This document shows, piece by piece, positions 10,710-22,146 of a DNA stretch of 64,000 bases (positions are counted from its first letter, which is position 1; every line of letters begins with the position of its first letter). The position numbers and the translations under genes were made by a program. Below the pieces are notes generated by a model, which was not told where the DNA came from, did no database searches, and was given only the letters and a program-made list of their open reading frames with translations. The stretch is from positions 224,001 to 288,000 of the forward strand of contig CM000432.1 in NCBI GenBank assembly GCA_000165345.1, in the 5' to 3' direction.

Positions 10710-13700
10710 TTAGCTGAGATTTATAGTATCAAAGATAAAGTTTTGTAGATGACTAGAAATACAAACCTTTATCTTAACATCATTCAGCGAATTATGATTA
10801 GCCTTGGACTTTGCTGAAAACTTCTGGTAGAAAGGGTCAAAATTAAAGATATTCTTTGATATTGCAATATCACAATCAACTGCATTAACACTTCCTTCAG
10901 ATCCAAAACTGATTGCACTACCATTATTTAAGCATTCAGTTTCAGTAATCGCTTGACCATTATAAAAATGTTTAGATTTTTGACCATTTAATTTATCTCC
11001 AATACCATAATAAACATTACTATTATCTCTATAAGTAGAATTATTGCTATTATGGTTATTATTAACTTTTAATTCAAGGTATCTAGACGTAACATATAAA
11101 TTAACATGTAGAATTTCTATTGAATCACAACATACATATTTATCTAGCCAAGTAGAGAATTCATCAATCCAAGAATCAATTGAGTTGTAAAGTTGCTGAA
11201 AACAGTAGCTATCAGAATCTTGTTTAATATCCTGATTCTTTCCTTCTGGTACTTTTGTAAAAGAGATAGATTCGATCCCATCTTTGGAGTTATTATTTCT
11301 TATGAAAAGTCCCAATTCGGTCTTGTCTATATTTAAATCTAAAAACAAGTCCAAGTTTCGGACTTTAAAAAACTTAAAAGGAAGATACTTACAAGAAAAT
11401 ACTATTGAATCCACTCTAAGCTTTTTAACATTCTTAGATGACGATGATTCAGATTGATTATCAATTTCTCCTCCAATAATAATATTTTGAATTGAATGTG
11501 ACTGAATAATTAACAATGGTAAAATTAAATTAGCTGTCATTATCACAAACTCTGCTCCTCTTGAAAGTTCCCCAATATTGTTAATTCCATAGTTACCTTG
11601 TGAATCCTTATGGTCATATAAAAAACGAGAATTATCTCGGAGATTCCTGGAATTAAATGATGGAACTACCATTATATTATGTGGATCTATAATACATTTG
11701 ACAAGTATAGGAGTTCTTAATACAAATTCATCAACAAAATTTGAAATAGCAAGCCATGGACAAATTTTCACGTGGTTGTACTTTCTAAATATATCCAAAT
11801 GGACATGACTGCAAGTAGAATAGTCTCCAGAATATGCTAAATGTTTTCTTCCTCTAGTTATTCCATATCTATTACGTCTTTTAATATGACTACATGGATT
11901 CTGAGATAAGTGTAAATTTATAACTTGGATTGTTTGAAGACCTGTATTTGGGAGTTCATCATCATTACAAATTAGTGAAAATGAAAATGTTGAAGCAGCC
12001 GGTACTGGGAAACGTGTCAATAATAAAGAAAATATTGAAATTGGAATAATTGATTGAACAATATAAAGCTCTTCAAGAGAAATTGGAATGATGTTATTGA
12101 GTTCAGTAAAGCAAAATTCGGAGATTTTTGGGAATTCTGACTTGTTTGGCTTTAAGCCAATAATTTCTAGGCTTTTTAGTCCTAACAAAACATGAGTAGA
12201 AATTCCAGAAACTTGGTTATTTGGAAGTAGTTTTCTAACGATTGGAATTTGGTCATCCATATACCCAGTAAGAAGTGGTTTTAGAAGAGGAATAATTTCA
12301 AGTGAAGTAGATTTATTATTAAAGTTGTTTTCACAATTAAACTTAACGGTAATGTGTCGGACGCTATGGTTAAACCACCAATTAATTGGTCGAGGTTTTC
12401 CTGTGTTATTATCAAAGTTTCCCAAGCTAATTAACTTTCTTGAGTCTTCATCAACTAGAAATCTAGCATCAGTATCTGAAGCAGTTTTATCATCTTCAAA
12501 ATCATTGAGATCCATAGATATTCTTTGACTACTAAATTCCCTTTCTGACATTGTTTCAAAAAATTCATTTTGCATTTTTCCAATTCTATTCCAGCTATTC
12601 AAAACACGGAGGTAACCCCCGGCACCCTCATTATTAGATACAATTCCTCCAGTTCCAACTCCAATCCCAGATCCTGTTACTTTTACTTTTTCGATTCCCC
12701 TACCCCCATCAAATATTGAAACTGGCTTGTTTTCAGAAATATCAAAAGGAATTGCATCTTCATTCAAAATAATAAAAGCAGATTTGACAGAAAATGCTTT
12801 AAGATTATCAGTTTTGGTAGAATTAGAATTCGCACTTTCAGATAAAGTTTGACTAGAATTATCCAATAAAGGGCTACTACTATAGGATTCGCTTCCTGCA
12901 ACTTCCTTTGAAACTTCCAAATCGCGCTTCTTTTTTGATTGACCTTCTTTTGAAGAGTTAGAATTCACTCTCCTAGGAGTACCTATATAACCTCCCAAAG
13001 TATGTTTGGATTGGTCTGGAGACATTAATCCACAATTGAACCGTACATATTTGTTTTTTGTTTCCTTCTCTGAATTCTTTGTAGTTTTCTTATTGTTAAA
13101 CTTGGAAGACAAAATCCTGGGAACGATGATACCCACGCTCTTCCTATATTTATGAGGAGTAAAAAAGAATAAACTTTTAGATCCAGACTGAGATTTTGAA
13201 CCAGACTTTTCACCCTCTTCTTTATTTGTCTCGCCAAATTTACTCATAGAACTATTCGAAATAGTATTAGATGATGATGATGGCGATACATCAGTATTTA
13301 GTTTAACATTTTTTGTCGGGATATTGCTTCCAAGAACACCATGAAAGTATATTCTAGGAATCTTGATCTCATCATCCAGACCAGTATCTGGGGAAAAAGA
13401 TGAAAGTTGGCCATCTTTTTTTTCTTCTTTAGTGCAATCTTCAAAGCATACAGACATGTCAGAACGATTTCTTCTACTATCTCTTATTTCATTATCATTG
13501 GTAGCAACATTTGTTGTACTTGCAACGTCACTTTGCACTACTCTGTTGCAAGCATTAACCCTACACTTATTTGTTACATTAATTCCAGATTTTGTCGGAG
13601 ATTTAATCATATATCCTCCAGTTGGAGATAATGTTGCTTCTATATGAGAATCTGTATTAATTGTTGAATCTGATAATAAATTCCCTTTACAGTTCTCAAT

Positions 13701-14450
13701 TTGTAATCTTGGTATAATTAATTGCTTTCTATCAAGATTGCCGCCATTTGGGGGTTTGGCGGCAAAGGTGCGATCGATTTGCAAAGTGGTGTTGCATCTA
13801 TGATAATTATTATTAGAGCTAAGGAAATTGAATATATTTCGAATGACTCCAGATGTATTGAGGGATAGCAAATTAAGTAGAGGGTCAATCACTACTAAGT
13901 CCTTGTTTACTTTATCTCTATTTATCGACAAGTTGTTTTTGTCGCATCTCAGGATACGTCTTTCAGTGCCTGTTAAAAGGTTCGTTTGAATAAAGCTTAT
14001 AAAATCGATTTGATAGGGGTAGATAACAATTGTTTCTATTTTACTCCTATATTTGGATTCTATGTAGACATTATTTCTTTCTGAAAAGGGCATCCAACCT
14101 CTTTCACTTCTATACATCCAGTGTACAGAACATTCGAGCTTTTTTTTAGGACTATTAAGTTCCCCATCATAGTTTCTATCACAAAACTCTGATTTTCCTA
14201 CAAGAACTGTTCCTGGAGTTAATTTCTTATTAGAATTTATAAAGCTTTCATTAACAAAGTTTGTTTGTTTATTAGATATACTCGAATCAAATACTGGACT
14301 CACATTAGTGCATGAGTCATTGTTAGTTGAATCAACTTTATGATCTTTACAATAATTTATGGATACATCATGCATTTTGCACTGTATATAACTATCATCT
14401 TTCTTGCTAAGTTCTCTATAATTATCAAATACATGTTCATCGATTTTCAT
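10710..14450 (-). CDS. Large (1246 aa) protein with an N-terminal WWE domain; remainder unassigned
   Basis: Residues ~97-160, VHWMYRSERGWMPFSERNNVYIESKYRSKIETIVIYPYQIDFISFIQTNLLTGTERRILR, fit the WWE consensus (W.W...gW.pY......iE.ay.......Y.iDf..m.Q.N..Tg..R.irR). The rest is S/N-rich low-complexity sequence plus an unrecognised C-terminal globular part. Confidence 0.5.
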   Translation of the reverse strand: MKIDEHVFDNYRELSKKDDSYIQCKMHDVSINYCKDHKVDSTNNDSCTNVSPVFDSSISNKQTNFVNESFINSNKKLTPGTVLVGKSEFCDRNYDGELNSPKKKLECSVHWMYRSERGWMPFSERNNVYIESKYRSKIETIVIYPYQIDFISFIQTNLLTGTERRILRCDKNNLSINRDKVNKDLVVIDPLLNLLSLNTSGVIRNIFNFLSSNNNYHRCNTTLQIDRTFAAKPPNGGNLDRKQLIIPRLQIENCKGNLLSDSTINTDSHIEATLSPTGGYMIKSPTKSGINVTNKCRVNACNRVVQSDVASTTNVATNDNEIRDSRRNRSDMSVCFEDCTKEEKKDGQLSSFSPDTGLDDEIKIPRIYFHGVLGSNIPTKNVKLNTDVSPSSSSNTISNSSMSKFGETNKEEGEKSGSKSQSGSKSLFFFTPHKYRKSVGIIVPRILSSKFNNKKTTKNSEKETKNKYVRFNCGLMSPDQSKHTLGGYIGTPRRVNSNSSKEGQSKKKRDLEVSKEVAGSESYSSSPLLDNSSQTLSESANSNSTKTDNLKAFSVKSAFIILNEDAIPFDISENKPVSIFDGGRGIEKVKVTGSGIGVGTGGIVSNNEGAGGYLRVLNSWNRIGKMQNEFFETMSEREFSSQRISMDLNDFEDDKTASDTDARFLVDEDSRKLISLGNFDNNTGKPRPINWWFNHSVRHITVKFNCENNFNNKSTSLEIIPLLKPLLTGYMDDQIPIVRKLLPNNQVSGISTHVLLGLKSLEIIGLKPNKSEFPKISEFCFTELNNIIPISLEELYIVQSIIPISIFSLLLTRFPVPAASTFSFSLICNDDELPNTGLQTIQVINLHLSQNPCSHIKRRNRYGITRGRKHLAYSGDYSTCSHVHLDIFRKYNHVKICPWLAISNFVDEFVLRTPILVKCIIDPHNIMVVPSFNSRNLRDNSRFLYDHKDSQGNYGINNIGELSRGAEFVIMTANLILPLLIIQSHSIQNIIIGGEIDNQSESSSSKNVKKLRVDSIVFSCKYLPFKFFKVRNLDLFLDLNIDKTELGLFIRNNNSKDGIESISFTKVPEGKNQDIKQDSDSYCFQQLYNSIDSWIDEFSTWLDKYVCCDSIEILHVNLYVTSRYLELKVNNNHNSNNSTYRDNSNVYYGIGDKLNGQKSKHFYNGQAITETECLNNGSAISFGSEGSVNAVDCDIAISKNIFNFDPFYQKFSAKSKANHNSLNDVKIKVCISSHLQNFIFDTINLS

Positions 14451-15016
14451 TATTCATTCAATAGAGCACAAGGATCAAAAATTACTATATTAAAGCTTTT
14501 AAAATTAATTATATCCATAATCAATGCTAAACTAGTTAATTTGTTTCTTCTTTGTCAAAAATTATTGTTTGCTTAGCTGTTAATTTCTTATACAAGTATT
14601 TATATACATATGCATATATTTACATGCAAAAATATTTGCTAAATTTACCATATATAATACTAAATTTAATTCCTAAAATTAGTAAATTAAAAATTCCTAT
14701 AAACTTGGGTCTCTTATTTCTCAATTTTATAGCTTTCACTTATTTGTTTAATTCAATCTTCTTAATTCACTAATTGTATTTAATTCGGATCTTCAACTAC
14801 TTATTCTGAAAATATATTATTGCAATTTATTAGCTTAATAATTATCAATATTAATATATTATTAATACCAATATTATTATTTTAATGTGTTATCATTCAA
14901 CTCTCTATAATTCTTCCTTATCCAATTTAATACATGCTGCGTTTGTACTATCTCATTAATTCAATGTTATTTCTTTTTCCGCCAATTTTGAAATTTATCT
15001 CTTATTAATTCCCTAT

Positions 15017-15118
15017 CCGCCCGCCCCCCCTATTTCTTTCATATCTCCATGCTAATTTATTGCTTTAAATCTGTATTTAAAATGGCCATGGCGCGGGCGC
15101 CACAGAAGTGGCGCCGAG
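15017..15118. promoter_or_regulatory. GC-rich bidirectional promoter island (CCGCCCGCCCCCCC ... GGCCATGGCGCGGGCGCCACAGAAGTGGCGCCGAG) between divergent genes starting at 14450 (-) and 15477 (+)
   Basis: This is the most GC-rich 100 bp in the window. It contains GGCGCC twice and sits centrally in a 1-kb divergent spacer. Confidence 0.4.
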
Positions 15119-15476
15119 AATGTTTTTGTGTGTATTATATGCATACACAAAATAATTGTAAGTGAAGAAAAAAGAAGATTAAAAAGAATAAGTCCCGAAG
15201 ACTCCTTCTGGGGTTAAAGTACATAATTCTATGTATCTGTATGCGAATGAGTTACATTAAGGGCATTTCAAATTGAAAAGAAGAAAGTTTTAAAGAATAT
15301 TATATAAAAGTAAGGAATGACATTTTGATAGTAGCTGGCAAGTTAGTGGAATAAATAATAAAACACTTGAAAAAGAAAGACTAAGGTAAAGTTATACATT
15401 TGGGTACATTTTTTTAAAACTTTGCCTTGTCCATACGTAAATTACTGTTACTATTACAAAAAATTAATTCTTAATT

Positions 15477-18400
15477 ATGACATTAACTATGACAAAAGTA
15501 TTTATAATTTGGATCTTACAATGGTATTTCTTTGTTTTACTAGTAATACTTATGGCGGGTAGAATATATGGTGAAAGTTCACGAGAATTATCAGAGTCTT
15601 CAAATTTTTTCCTAGAAGGAGGCTCAAAAACAGAATTTACTAATGAAATTACATTCGATGATGAGCACGTATTGAGTTTAGATTTTAGTCAAACAGGAAG
15701 AAGTTATGAAGAAAACTACTCAATTGAATCGCCATTAAAAGGGGATGAATCTACTTTAAGTTCTTTATATTATAATCCTTTTCTTTATGAGTTTGAATTG
15801 AATACAAAAATTGTATGTCATGAACAATTTTGTAAAAAAGGATTACATAGTAAAAGATCATCCAAATTATTTAAATCTTATACAAAATCAGTTTTAAAGC
15901 ATTATATTCTTGAATCCAAAGTTAGATCGTGGTTCTTTAGATTATGGAGTGAATCTACTGTATTAACTTCTCCTGTATTATATATTGAAAAAAAACAGGA
16001 ATTTAAAGATATATACAAAATTGCTAGAAACTATTACCATAAGCTTAAAGATTCTGCTGTTATAATTATACTCAAAGTATTAACAAAAAAGGTTTCCAAA
16101 GAACTTGCCTTAGAGGAAATGGAAGAAGAGGAAGTATCTAAATCAATCTCTAATACATCAGAAAATGAAGAACATTCTTATTCTTCTGAAAATGGAGAAG
16201 AAACTAGAGCTTATGGTAAAAATAGCTCTGCAGGAGTTTCATATTCCATTAGTCAGGCTGTGAAGAATCTTTGTGTTAAACTTAGAGGCCTAAGTAAACA
16301 TAGAACAAGTGATAATGGTCAATCATACTTGTTTGTTATTGAAGCTCATGAAATTACTGATCGAATCATCTTTTCAAAGTTAATGACTAGCTTGATACAG
16401 ACTTCATGTTGGAATAGAGCAAATGTGAATAAGTCTAGAGTTATTATTCCAATCATTGTTGGTAACTTTAAGTATAATCCTGAAAACCAAAGTATTCTTA
16501 GTGATGTTTATTATACAGAAATGGGATCTGGAAATAGAAAATCTAAGTCAAATATTAAACAAACTTCAAAATCAAAATCTAGATCTGAATCTTCGGTAAA
16601 TCTAGAAGATGATGATTTAATTGAGAATTTTGACCAGTCAAACTTGAATTTATCTGTTGATTTGAAACCAGAATATAATGAACTATTTATTAAATGGCTT
16701 AAAAGATGTAATGAATCCAAAGTTATCCATCAAAAGTACCAACTTACTAGTCCTGGTCTCTTTGAGAAACTTCTAAATCAGTATCTTGTATATGCAATTA
16801 ATAATAACTCTATTACACGTGAGCTTTCTAAGCATAATCAAGGATCTCGTCATTTTATGAGTCAATATCCGAAAAATTGTCATCATTCTTGGAATGATTT
16901 GTTAAAGTTTATTGAAACTGAATATAATTCTACTGATGTCAAATTCAAAATTATTCTTATTAGTACAATACTTGAATCTCTACATGTTGCAAACTTTACC
17001 CTATTTAAAGAAGCTGATATTCAATCAAGTACTGAATCTGATCAAAAAGAAGAGGAAATTCCATCAAAGGAACAAAAAGGTAAAGAAAATGATATAGAGA
17101 AAGAAACTGAAGGTATTCATTCTACTGGAAATGATTCCAATCATTTCAACCAAGGTCAGATTAGGTCCAAAATTGAAAATCATCCAGAAGTTAGTGATCT
17201 ATATAGTATTCTCTCTTCAAAAGAACAAAAACCTATTACATTATTACAAGCAAGAATAATGGATGATTTAATCAATAGGCTTCAAGAACTTCCTGATCAA
17301 AGAAAATCAAGGCTTGAGTTCAAAAACTATATTTCAAGCTTAAAACTTGATCATCAATCTCTTAACCAAGTACTTGAGCTTTTTGAAGCTATTGATCATG
17401 TACAAAATTCTTTTCATTTACTTAGAGTTATGTTCATTACTAATATTGATTTGGGTCTTACATTAAATCCTTTAGAAATCATTATTTCTGTATGTAGAAA
17501 TGCTAAAATGGTTCCAATCGATTCTCAAAGTGTGGGAGAAAGGTCAAATAAAAGCTTAAGAAAGAAAAAGAGTAAAAAAGGAAGAAAAGATCAAAAAAAC
17601 CATAATATTGAAGATAGTCCTATAGAACAAAGTATTTATGAAGTAGAAGAAGAATATTCTGAGGAAGAAAAGAGTCAAAATGCTCAAGATGAATTACAAT
17701 CTGATCATAATAATGAAAATAACCAAGATATATTGGAAGAATGTGATCCTTTCAAATATTTAAGTAAAGATTTATTATCTGAAGATTACGATGGTGATGT
17801 TATGGAATCTATTCAAAAGTCATCCATAAAATTTGCTTCATTAATACTTGGATTATCACAATACAATACAAAGATCTTGAATATACATATATCTAATTTG
17901 GTCATTAAGACTGAGAGACTTATGTTAAGTAATATACTAGAAAACCAAAAGATCTCTACTATGGTTTTAATCTTGAGTGAAAAAATTCGAACTTTTCCAT
18001 TTAATACATTATCATCTTTTTCATATTTGAAAGAAATTTCTGAGACAAGAACTATAGCTTTATTAAAACCATTTATTCCTCTATTTCCTTCATATACTTT
18101 AATTGGTCTATTTGGTGATTCTATAGAATTTAAAAATCCAAAGCAATTTGGTAAAATATTAATCATGGAAATATGTATTCTTTATTATGATCCAAAATCA
18201 TTTTTGGACCAAGAATTTGTCGATTTATGTATTAGTACTTGGGAGTCTAATAGTAAAGATGAAGAATATAATAAAAGTATTTCTAAAGCTAATTCAAAAT
18301 GTAAGAAACTTTCTAAAGAAGTAAAAGGTTTAGAAATTGGTAATAAAGTAGGAAATAGTTCACCTACAGTATTTTTATTCTGTGATCTCCTTGATAAACT

Positions 18401-18551
18401 TGTAAATGGTCCAAGTTCAAGAAACGAGCAAAGCTTTAATGAGATTAAGGAATTGTATGTTTCAAAAGAGTTTAACAATAAATGTGAGAATATTAAATCA
18501 TATAGTATTCAACAATCAGGGAATTTATATAATATGTTAGTTAAGCTATAA
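15477..18551 (+). CDS. Hypothetical 1024-aa protein with an N-terminal hydrophobic segment and acidic/Ser-rich low-complexity regions
   Basis: Long uninterrupted ORF with coding-like composition. No family recognised by eye. Confidence 0.5.
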   Translation: MTLTMTKVFIIWILQWYFFVLLVILMAGRIYGESSRELSESSNFFLEGGSKTEFTNEITFDDEHVLSLDFSQTGRSYEENYSIESPLKGDESTLSSLYYNPFLYEFELNTKIVCHEQFCKKGLHSKRSSKLFKSYTKSVLKHYILESKVRSWFFRLWSESTVLTSPVLYIEKKQEFKDIYKIARNYYHKLKDSAVIIILKVLTKKVSKELALEEMEEEEVSKSISNTSENEEHSYSSENGEETRAYGKNSSAGVSYSISQAVKNLCVKLRGLSKHRTSDNGQSYLFVIEAHEITDRIIFSKLMTSLIQTSCWNRANVNKSRVIIPIIVGNFKYNPENQSILSDVYYTEMGSGNRKSKSNIKQTSKSKSRSESSVNLEDDDLIENFDQSNLNLSVDLKPEYNELFIKWLKRCNESKVIHQKYQLTSPGLFEKLLNQYLVYAINNNSITRELSKHNQGSRHFMSQYPKNCHHSWNDLLKFIETEYNSTDVKFKIILISTILESLHVANFTLFKEADIQSSTESDQKEEEIPSKEQKGKENDIEKETEGIHSTGNDSNHFNQGQIRSKIENHPEVSDLYSILSSKEQKPITLLQARIMDDLINRLQELPDQRKSRLEFKNYISSLKLDHQSLNQVLELFEAIDHVQNSFHLLRVMFITNIDLGLTLNPLEIIISVCRNAKMVPIDSQSVGERSNKSLRKKKSKKGRKDQKNHNIEDSPIEQSIYEVEEEYSEEEKSQNAQDELQSDHNNENNQDILEECDPFKYLSKDLLSEDYDGDVMESIQKSSIKFASLILGLSQYNTKILNIHISNLVIKTERLMLSNILENQKISTMVLILSEKIRTFPFNTLSSFSYLKEISETRTIALLKPFIPLFPSYTLIGLFGDSIEFKNPKQFGKILIMEICILYYDPKSFLDQEFVDLCISTWESNSKDEEYNKSISKANSKCKKLSKEVKGLEIGNKVGNSSPTVFLFCDLLDKLVNGPSSRNEQSFNEIKELYVSKEFNNKCENIKSYSIQQSGNLYNMLVKL

Positions 18552-18652
18552 AAGTAGATGATTTTAATTAATTAGTAATAATTTAATTATAATATACATT
18601 ATTAAAAGATTGATAAATATATACTTGAAATAGTTCCTTTGTAAGATTGATG

Positions 18653-20674
18653 TTATTTGTCAACAAAAGATAGACAAAAATCGTAAAGTTGTCCAGCTCT
18701 TTGTGCATCTAATCTAATAACTCTAGAGAATTCATCCTTAGAAAGATGAGGTATTCCATTTGTTGAGATATCTTGTATACCAGAAAGGTTATTATTGCTT
18801 GAATGATTAGTTGATCCTTTTCTAGTTTTACTATTAAGGCTTAAATGGTATTTGGCTTCTTGAATAAGAATTCTCTTAGAGAGTATATAGAAAATTGGCG
18901 GGAGTTGTATTTGATCACAAAAGAGCTTTTCCTGATCAGTAAGTAAGGAAGCACCAGGATAACTTTCAATAGGTACAGCAGATGAAGAATTAGAATTGGA
19001 TGTAGTAGAGATAGTATTAATGGACTGTTGATTAGTAAGTGGAAGAGAAGATGAATTAGAAGAGTTAGTATTAAGAGGAAGATTAGGATTGGAAATAGAG
19101 ATTTGGCTTTTTTGTTGTTTCTTAATGGCTCTAGCTTGGCCTTCATATACAAAAGGAGTGGAAATTCCTGATTTAGGAACAGTTTTAATATTTCCAAGTC
19201 CAAGTCCAGCAGGAGCAATAAGATTTCCCGATTGAGTTTGGTTAATGATTTTACATTTAATATCTTCGCGTCTCTTCTTTTCTTCTTCATACCTTTTAAC
19301 TTCTTCCAAAGTTCGAATTCCTAAACTGCACCATTCTTGTACTTTTTGGAGATGATTTCTAATTCTTTTTTCTTCAATAAGTAAAGAAACAAGCTTTTCT
19401 TGTTCTTCTTCAGTTTGGAATCTAGAAATAGGTTTTAAGAATGAGTGCAAATCTCTTTCATCCTTGGTTCTCTTTTTCTCCTTTTGTTGTTGTAATTTAA
19501 TATCCAAAAGATTACGTTCAATAACAAACCTTTTTCTATATGTTCTTTCGTCAAGCTTGGAATTATAGATCTCAAGTATTTGAAGTTTAAGTTCTTTTTC
19601 TTGAGGAGTGTCAGAATCTCTAAACTCCATATCAGCTAATAAAAGTTCAGCATCATTATCATATTCGACATCGAAATCTCCTCTTAAAGGCATATATCCA
19701 ATAACGCTAGTACTAGGTTTGGATTGGCTTCCATTACTTGTACTAGTAGTTTTATTACCAGTATTACCACCAGAAGCTCTTCCATAAGGTTGTTTTTTGA
19801 CTTGAGGATTTTCTAATTCTTGTTTGAGTTTAGAATCATTTTCTGTATTAATAGAGTTAGATGATGAATCTTTATGAGATGATTGATCAGTAATTTTCGA
19901 TTCGGAGTCATCTTTTTCTTGTCCAGATTTGTTTAAAAGATTGAGATCTTGTTTAATAGCTTCTAATTCTGGAGAATTAGCAATATCTTGGGTTTTTTGT
20001 ATAAGATTAAGATAATTTCTAGTATCTGGTAAAGGTTTAGTTTTACTATTCAAATAGAAATTATTATAATGTTTTTCGCATTCGTCAGCTGTATGACTTC
20101 CAAATCCTGGTTTTTGAGTCTTTTGGTACATAGTTAGAGCTCCAGCTGGACCTTCAGTAATATATTTGGAAATTTCAGACCAGTTTCCTAATCCATATCT
20201 TGAAACTGCTTCCATTAAAAGAAGTTCCTCTTCTGCTGTCCAGTTTTCAGTTAGTAAGTTAAATGTATATCTTCCTACAGGAATGTATTTATGATTAGGT
20301 TTATGATCGTTACTTGACTTTCCTTGACAGAAACAATCCAAACATAGATCATATTCAATACATTCTGCACATCTTATTCTATAATCCCATGTATCTTTTT
20401 TGCATACATCACATCTAAATTTTCCATCGATAATGTTTAAGTCATTAACTCTGGTTTCATCATCCATTTGATCAAGAGCTCCACTCTTTTCTTTTAATTC
20501 TTCTAATCCTTTTTTCATAATTTCAGATAAATCTTCTTTGATAATAGATGAATCACTTAGAGTAGAAATCTCAACAGTATTTAATAAATTTACTCCATCA
20601 GGATGAATTGTTTCCTCACCTAATAAGTTCATAGCCTCCTCTGGAGCACTTTCATTTTCTTTTTCTCCAGACAT
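18653..20674 (-). CDS. ADA2: Transcriptional adaptor Ada2 (ZZ zinc finger + SANT/Myb + C-terminal SWIRM)
   Basis: CDVCKKDTWDYRIRCAECIEYDLCLDCFCQG is a ZZ finger. WTAEEELLLMEAVSRYGLGNWSEISKY is a SANT domain. The C-terminus LTDQEKLFCDQIQLPPIFYILSKRILIQEA is SWIRM-like. Confidence 0.8.
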   Translation of the reverse strand: MSGEKENESAPEEAMNLLGEETIHPDGVNLLNTVEISTLSDSSIIKEDLSEIMKKGLEELKEKSGALDQMDDETRVNDLNIIDGKFRCDVCKKDTWDYRIRCAECIEYDLCLDCFCQGKSSNDHKPNHKYIPVGRYTFNLLTENWTAEEELLLMEAVSRYGLGNWSEISKYITEGPAGALTMYQKTQKPGFGSHTADECEKHYNNFYLNSKTKPLPDTRNYLNLIQKTQDIANSPELEAIKQDLNLLNKSGQEKDDSESKITDQSSHKDSSSNSINTENDSKLKQELENPQVKKQPYGRASGGNTGNKTTSTSNGSQSKPSTSVIGYMPLRGDFDVEYDNDAELLLADMEFRDSDTPQEKELKLQILEIYNSKLDERTYRKRFVIERNLLDIKLQQQKEKKRTKDERDLHSFLKPISRFQTEEEQEKLVSLLIEEKRIRNHLQKVQEWCSLGIRTLEEVKRYEEEKKRREDIKCKIINQTQSGNLIAPAGLGLGNIKTVPKSGISTPFVYEGQARAIKKQQKSQISISNPNLPLNTNSSNSSSLPLTNQQSINTISTTSNSNSSSAVPIESYPGASLLTDQEKLFCDQIQLPPIFYILSKRILIQEAKYHLSLNSKTRKGSTNHSSNNNLSGIQDISTNGIPHLSKDEFSRVIRLDAQRAGQLYDFCLSFVDK

Positions 20675-20955
20675 TTTTTATGATTTGGTTAGTATAGTCA
20701 AATAAATGATTCTTTTTAATTGTTGATATAATAAACCTTCAATAAGACCTTCATTAAAGTGAAACAAGTCTTTCCAACTCTTCTTGTCCTATTGACTACC
20801 CTCCAGTGTGTGTATTATTGGGTAGAATTCGTATTTTCATACAACAATTGGGTACAAGTTATTTAAAATTCAATATTAGCAGAAAATTTTCATTTAAAAT
20901 GATTTTATTCAACCTTTTTATTTATTGAAATTTCTCTATTTTCAATTTATCTTAT

Positions 20956-21038
20956 TTGGCGCCAAACCCATTTTTTTTTAATTTGAAAGAAATCGTACCG
21001 ATACAGTCAAAAAATTGTCGGGGTAGTTGGCGCCATTT
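20956..21038. promoter_or_regulatory. Two E2F-like boxes (TTTGGCGCCAAA at 20956-20967, TTGGCGCCATTT at 21027-21038) 280-360 bp upstream of ADA2
   Basis: Seen directly. The first is a palindromic double E2F site. Confidence 0.45.
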
Positions 21039-21111
21039 ATGATTAAAGTTAAAAAATAAACTAAAGAAAATGAAAAAAAGATGTTTATATACAAATAAAA
21101 TAAATAAATAA

Positions 21112-21149
<38 letters not shown>

Positions 21150-21556
21150 TGATAAGAATGAACATAATGTTTTCTTAATATTCATATTTTAATGTTTTTA
21201 CAATTATGTATGGAGTGTAAGAAAAATATTGGTTTTGTTTGATCTCACATTCATACACAAATAATATTATGAGCCATATTAATAGTATTTGAATTTAGAG
21301 ATTAAATAAATAAAAAATTGAGAATGATCTAGAAAATTAAATTATATCTCAGAAAAAAAAGAGAAATTGGTTTCAACTAGTATGAAAATTATTTCTAGTT
21401 TTGTAATAGGAATTAATTATAATATATAAATGCCTTAAAGCTGTAAGATTAGCTTTAATATTTATTAGTTATATATCAGATGAAGAATATAAAAATGTTG
21501 GCGCTTTTTTACTTTTATTAAAATAAGAAATTTGATTTGATCACCAAATGAAGTTT

Positions 21557-21885
21557 TTACTGTTCTCTCTTCTTCAAACTTGCTGGTATCATTGATTCTA
21601 ACATTCTAAAGCTTATTCTAGCTTTGCTAGTATTTTCAGCTATTGCAAAATATGATATTCTAGATTGATGCATTATATTGGAAGATGCTGTATCCCTTAA
21701 GATGTTATCTCCCCACTCACTATAAAGAGTTCATACAAAGTAGTTATTGTAAGATTATTAATTCATAAGAAATTAAAATAATAATAAACTCACCTTCTTT
21801 TAGTATTAATATGTCCAGTTCCTTGATACTTACTATGCAATTGCTCTAATTGAAAATATATTGTTGATCTGTTTTCCCCATCCAT
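21557..21885 (-). CDS. SF3B5: Splicing factor 3B subunit 5 (SF3b5/SF3b10), 2 exons; absent from the ORF track
   Basis: Exons on the minus strand are 21885..21794 and 21719..21557. The intron 21793..21720 (74 nt) runs GTGAGT...TTTATAG. The spliced product MDGENRSTIYFQLEQLHSKYQGTGHINTKRSEWGDNILRDTASSNIMHQSRISYFAIAENTSKARISFRMLESMIPASLKKREQ (84 aa) aligns with human SF3B5 (YTIHSQLEHLQSKYIGTGHADTTKWEW...NYFAIAENESKARVRFNLMEKM). Confidence 0.75.
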
Positions 21886-22146
21886 TTCTCCCAAATAACA
21901 AAAAAAGAAAATATTATATTTGTTTTTAATAATTAATTTTGAATTATTTTTTTTTTTTTTAACCTATGAATTTGGAAAATAATTCTATCAGGAACTTGCT
22001 TTTTATTATAATACTATATACAATTGGACTTCTCCCTTATCTTTCTATAATCTAATATTAATAAACTACTTCCCACTCAAATTATTCTCACTACTAGATT
22101 CTTTTTTCTTTGTAATTTTCTTTTTAATCTTCATCTTGATTTTGGG

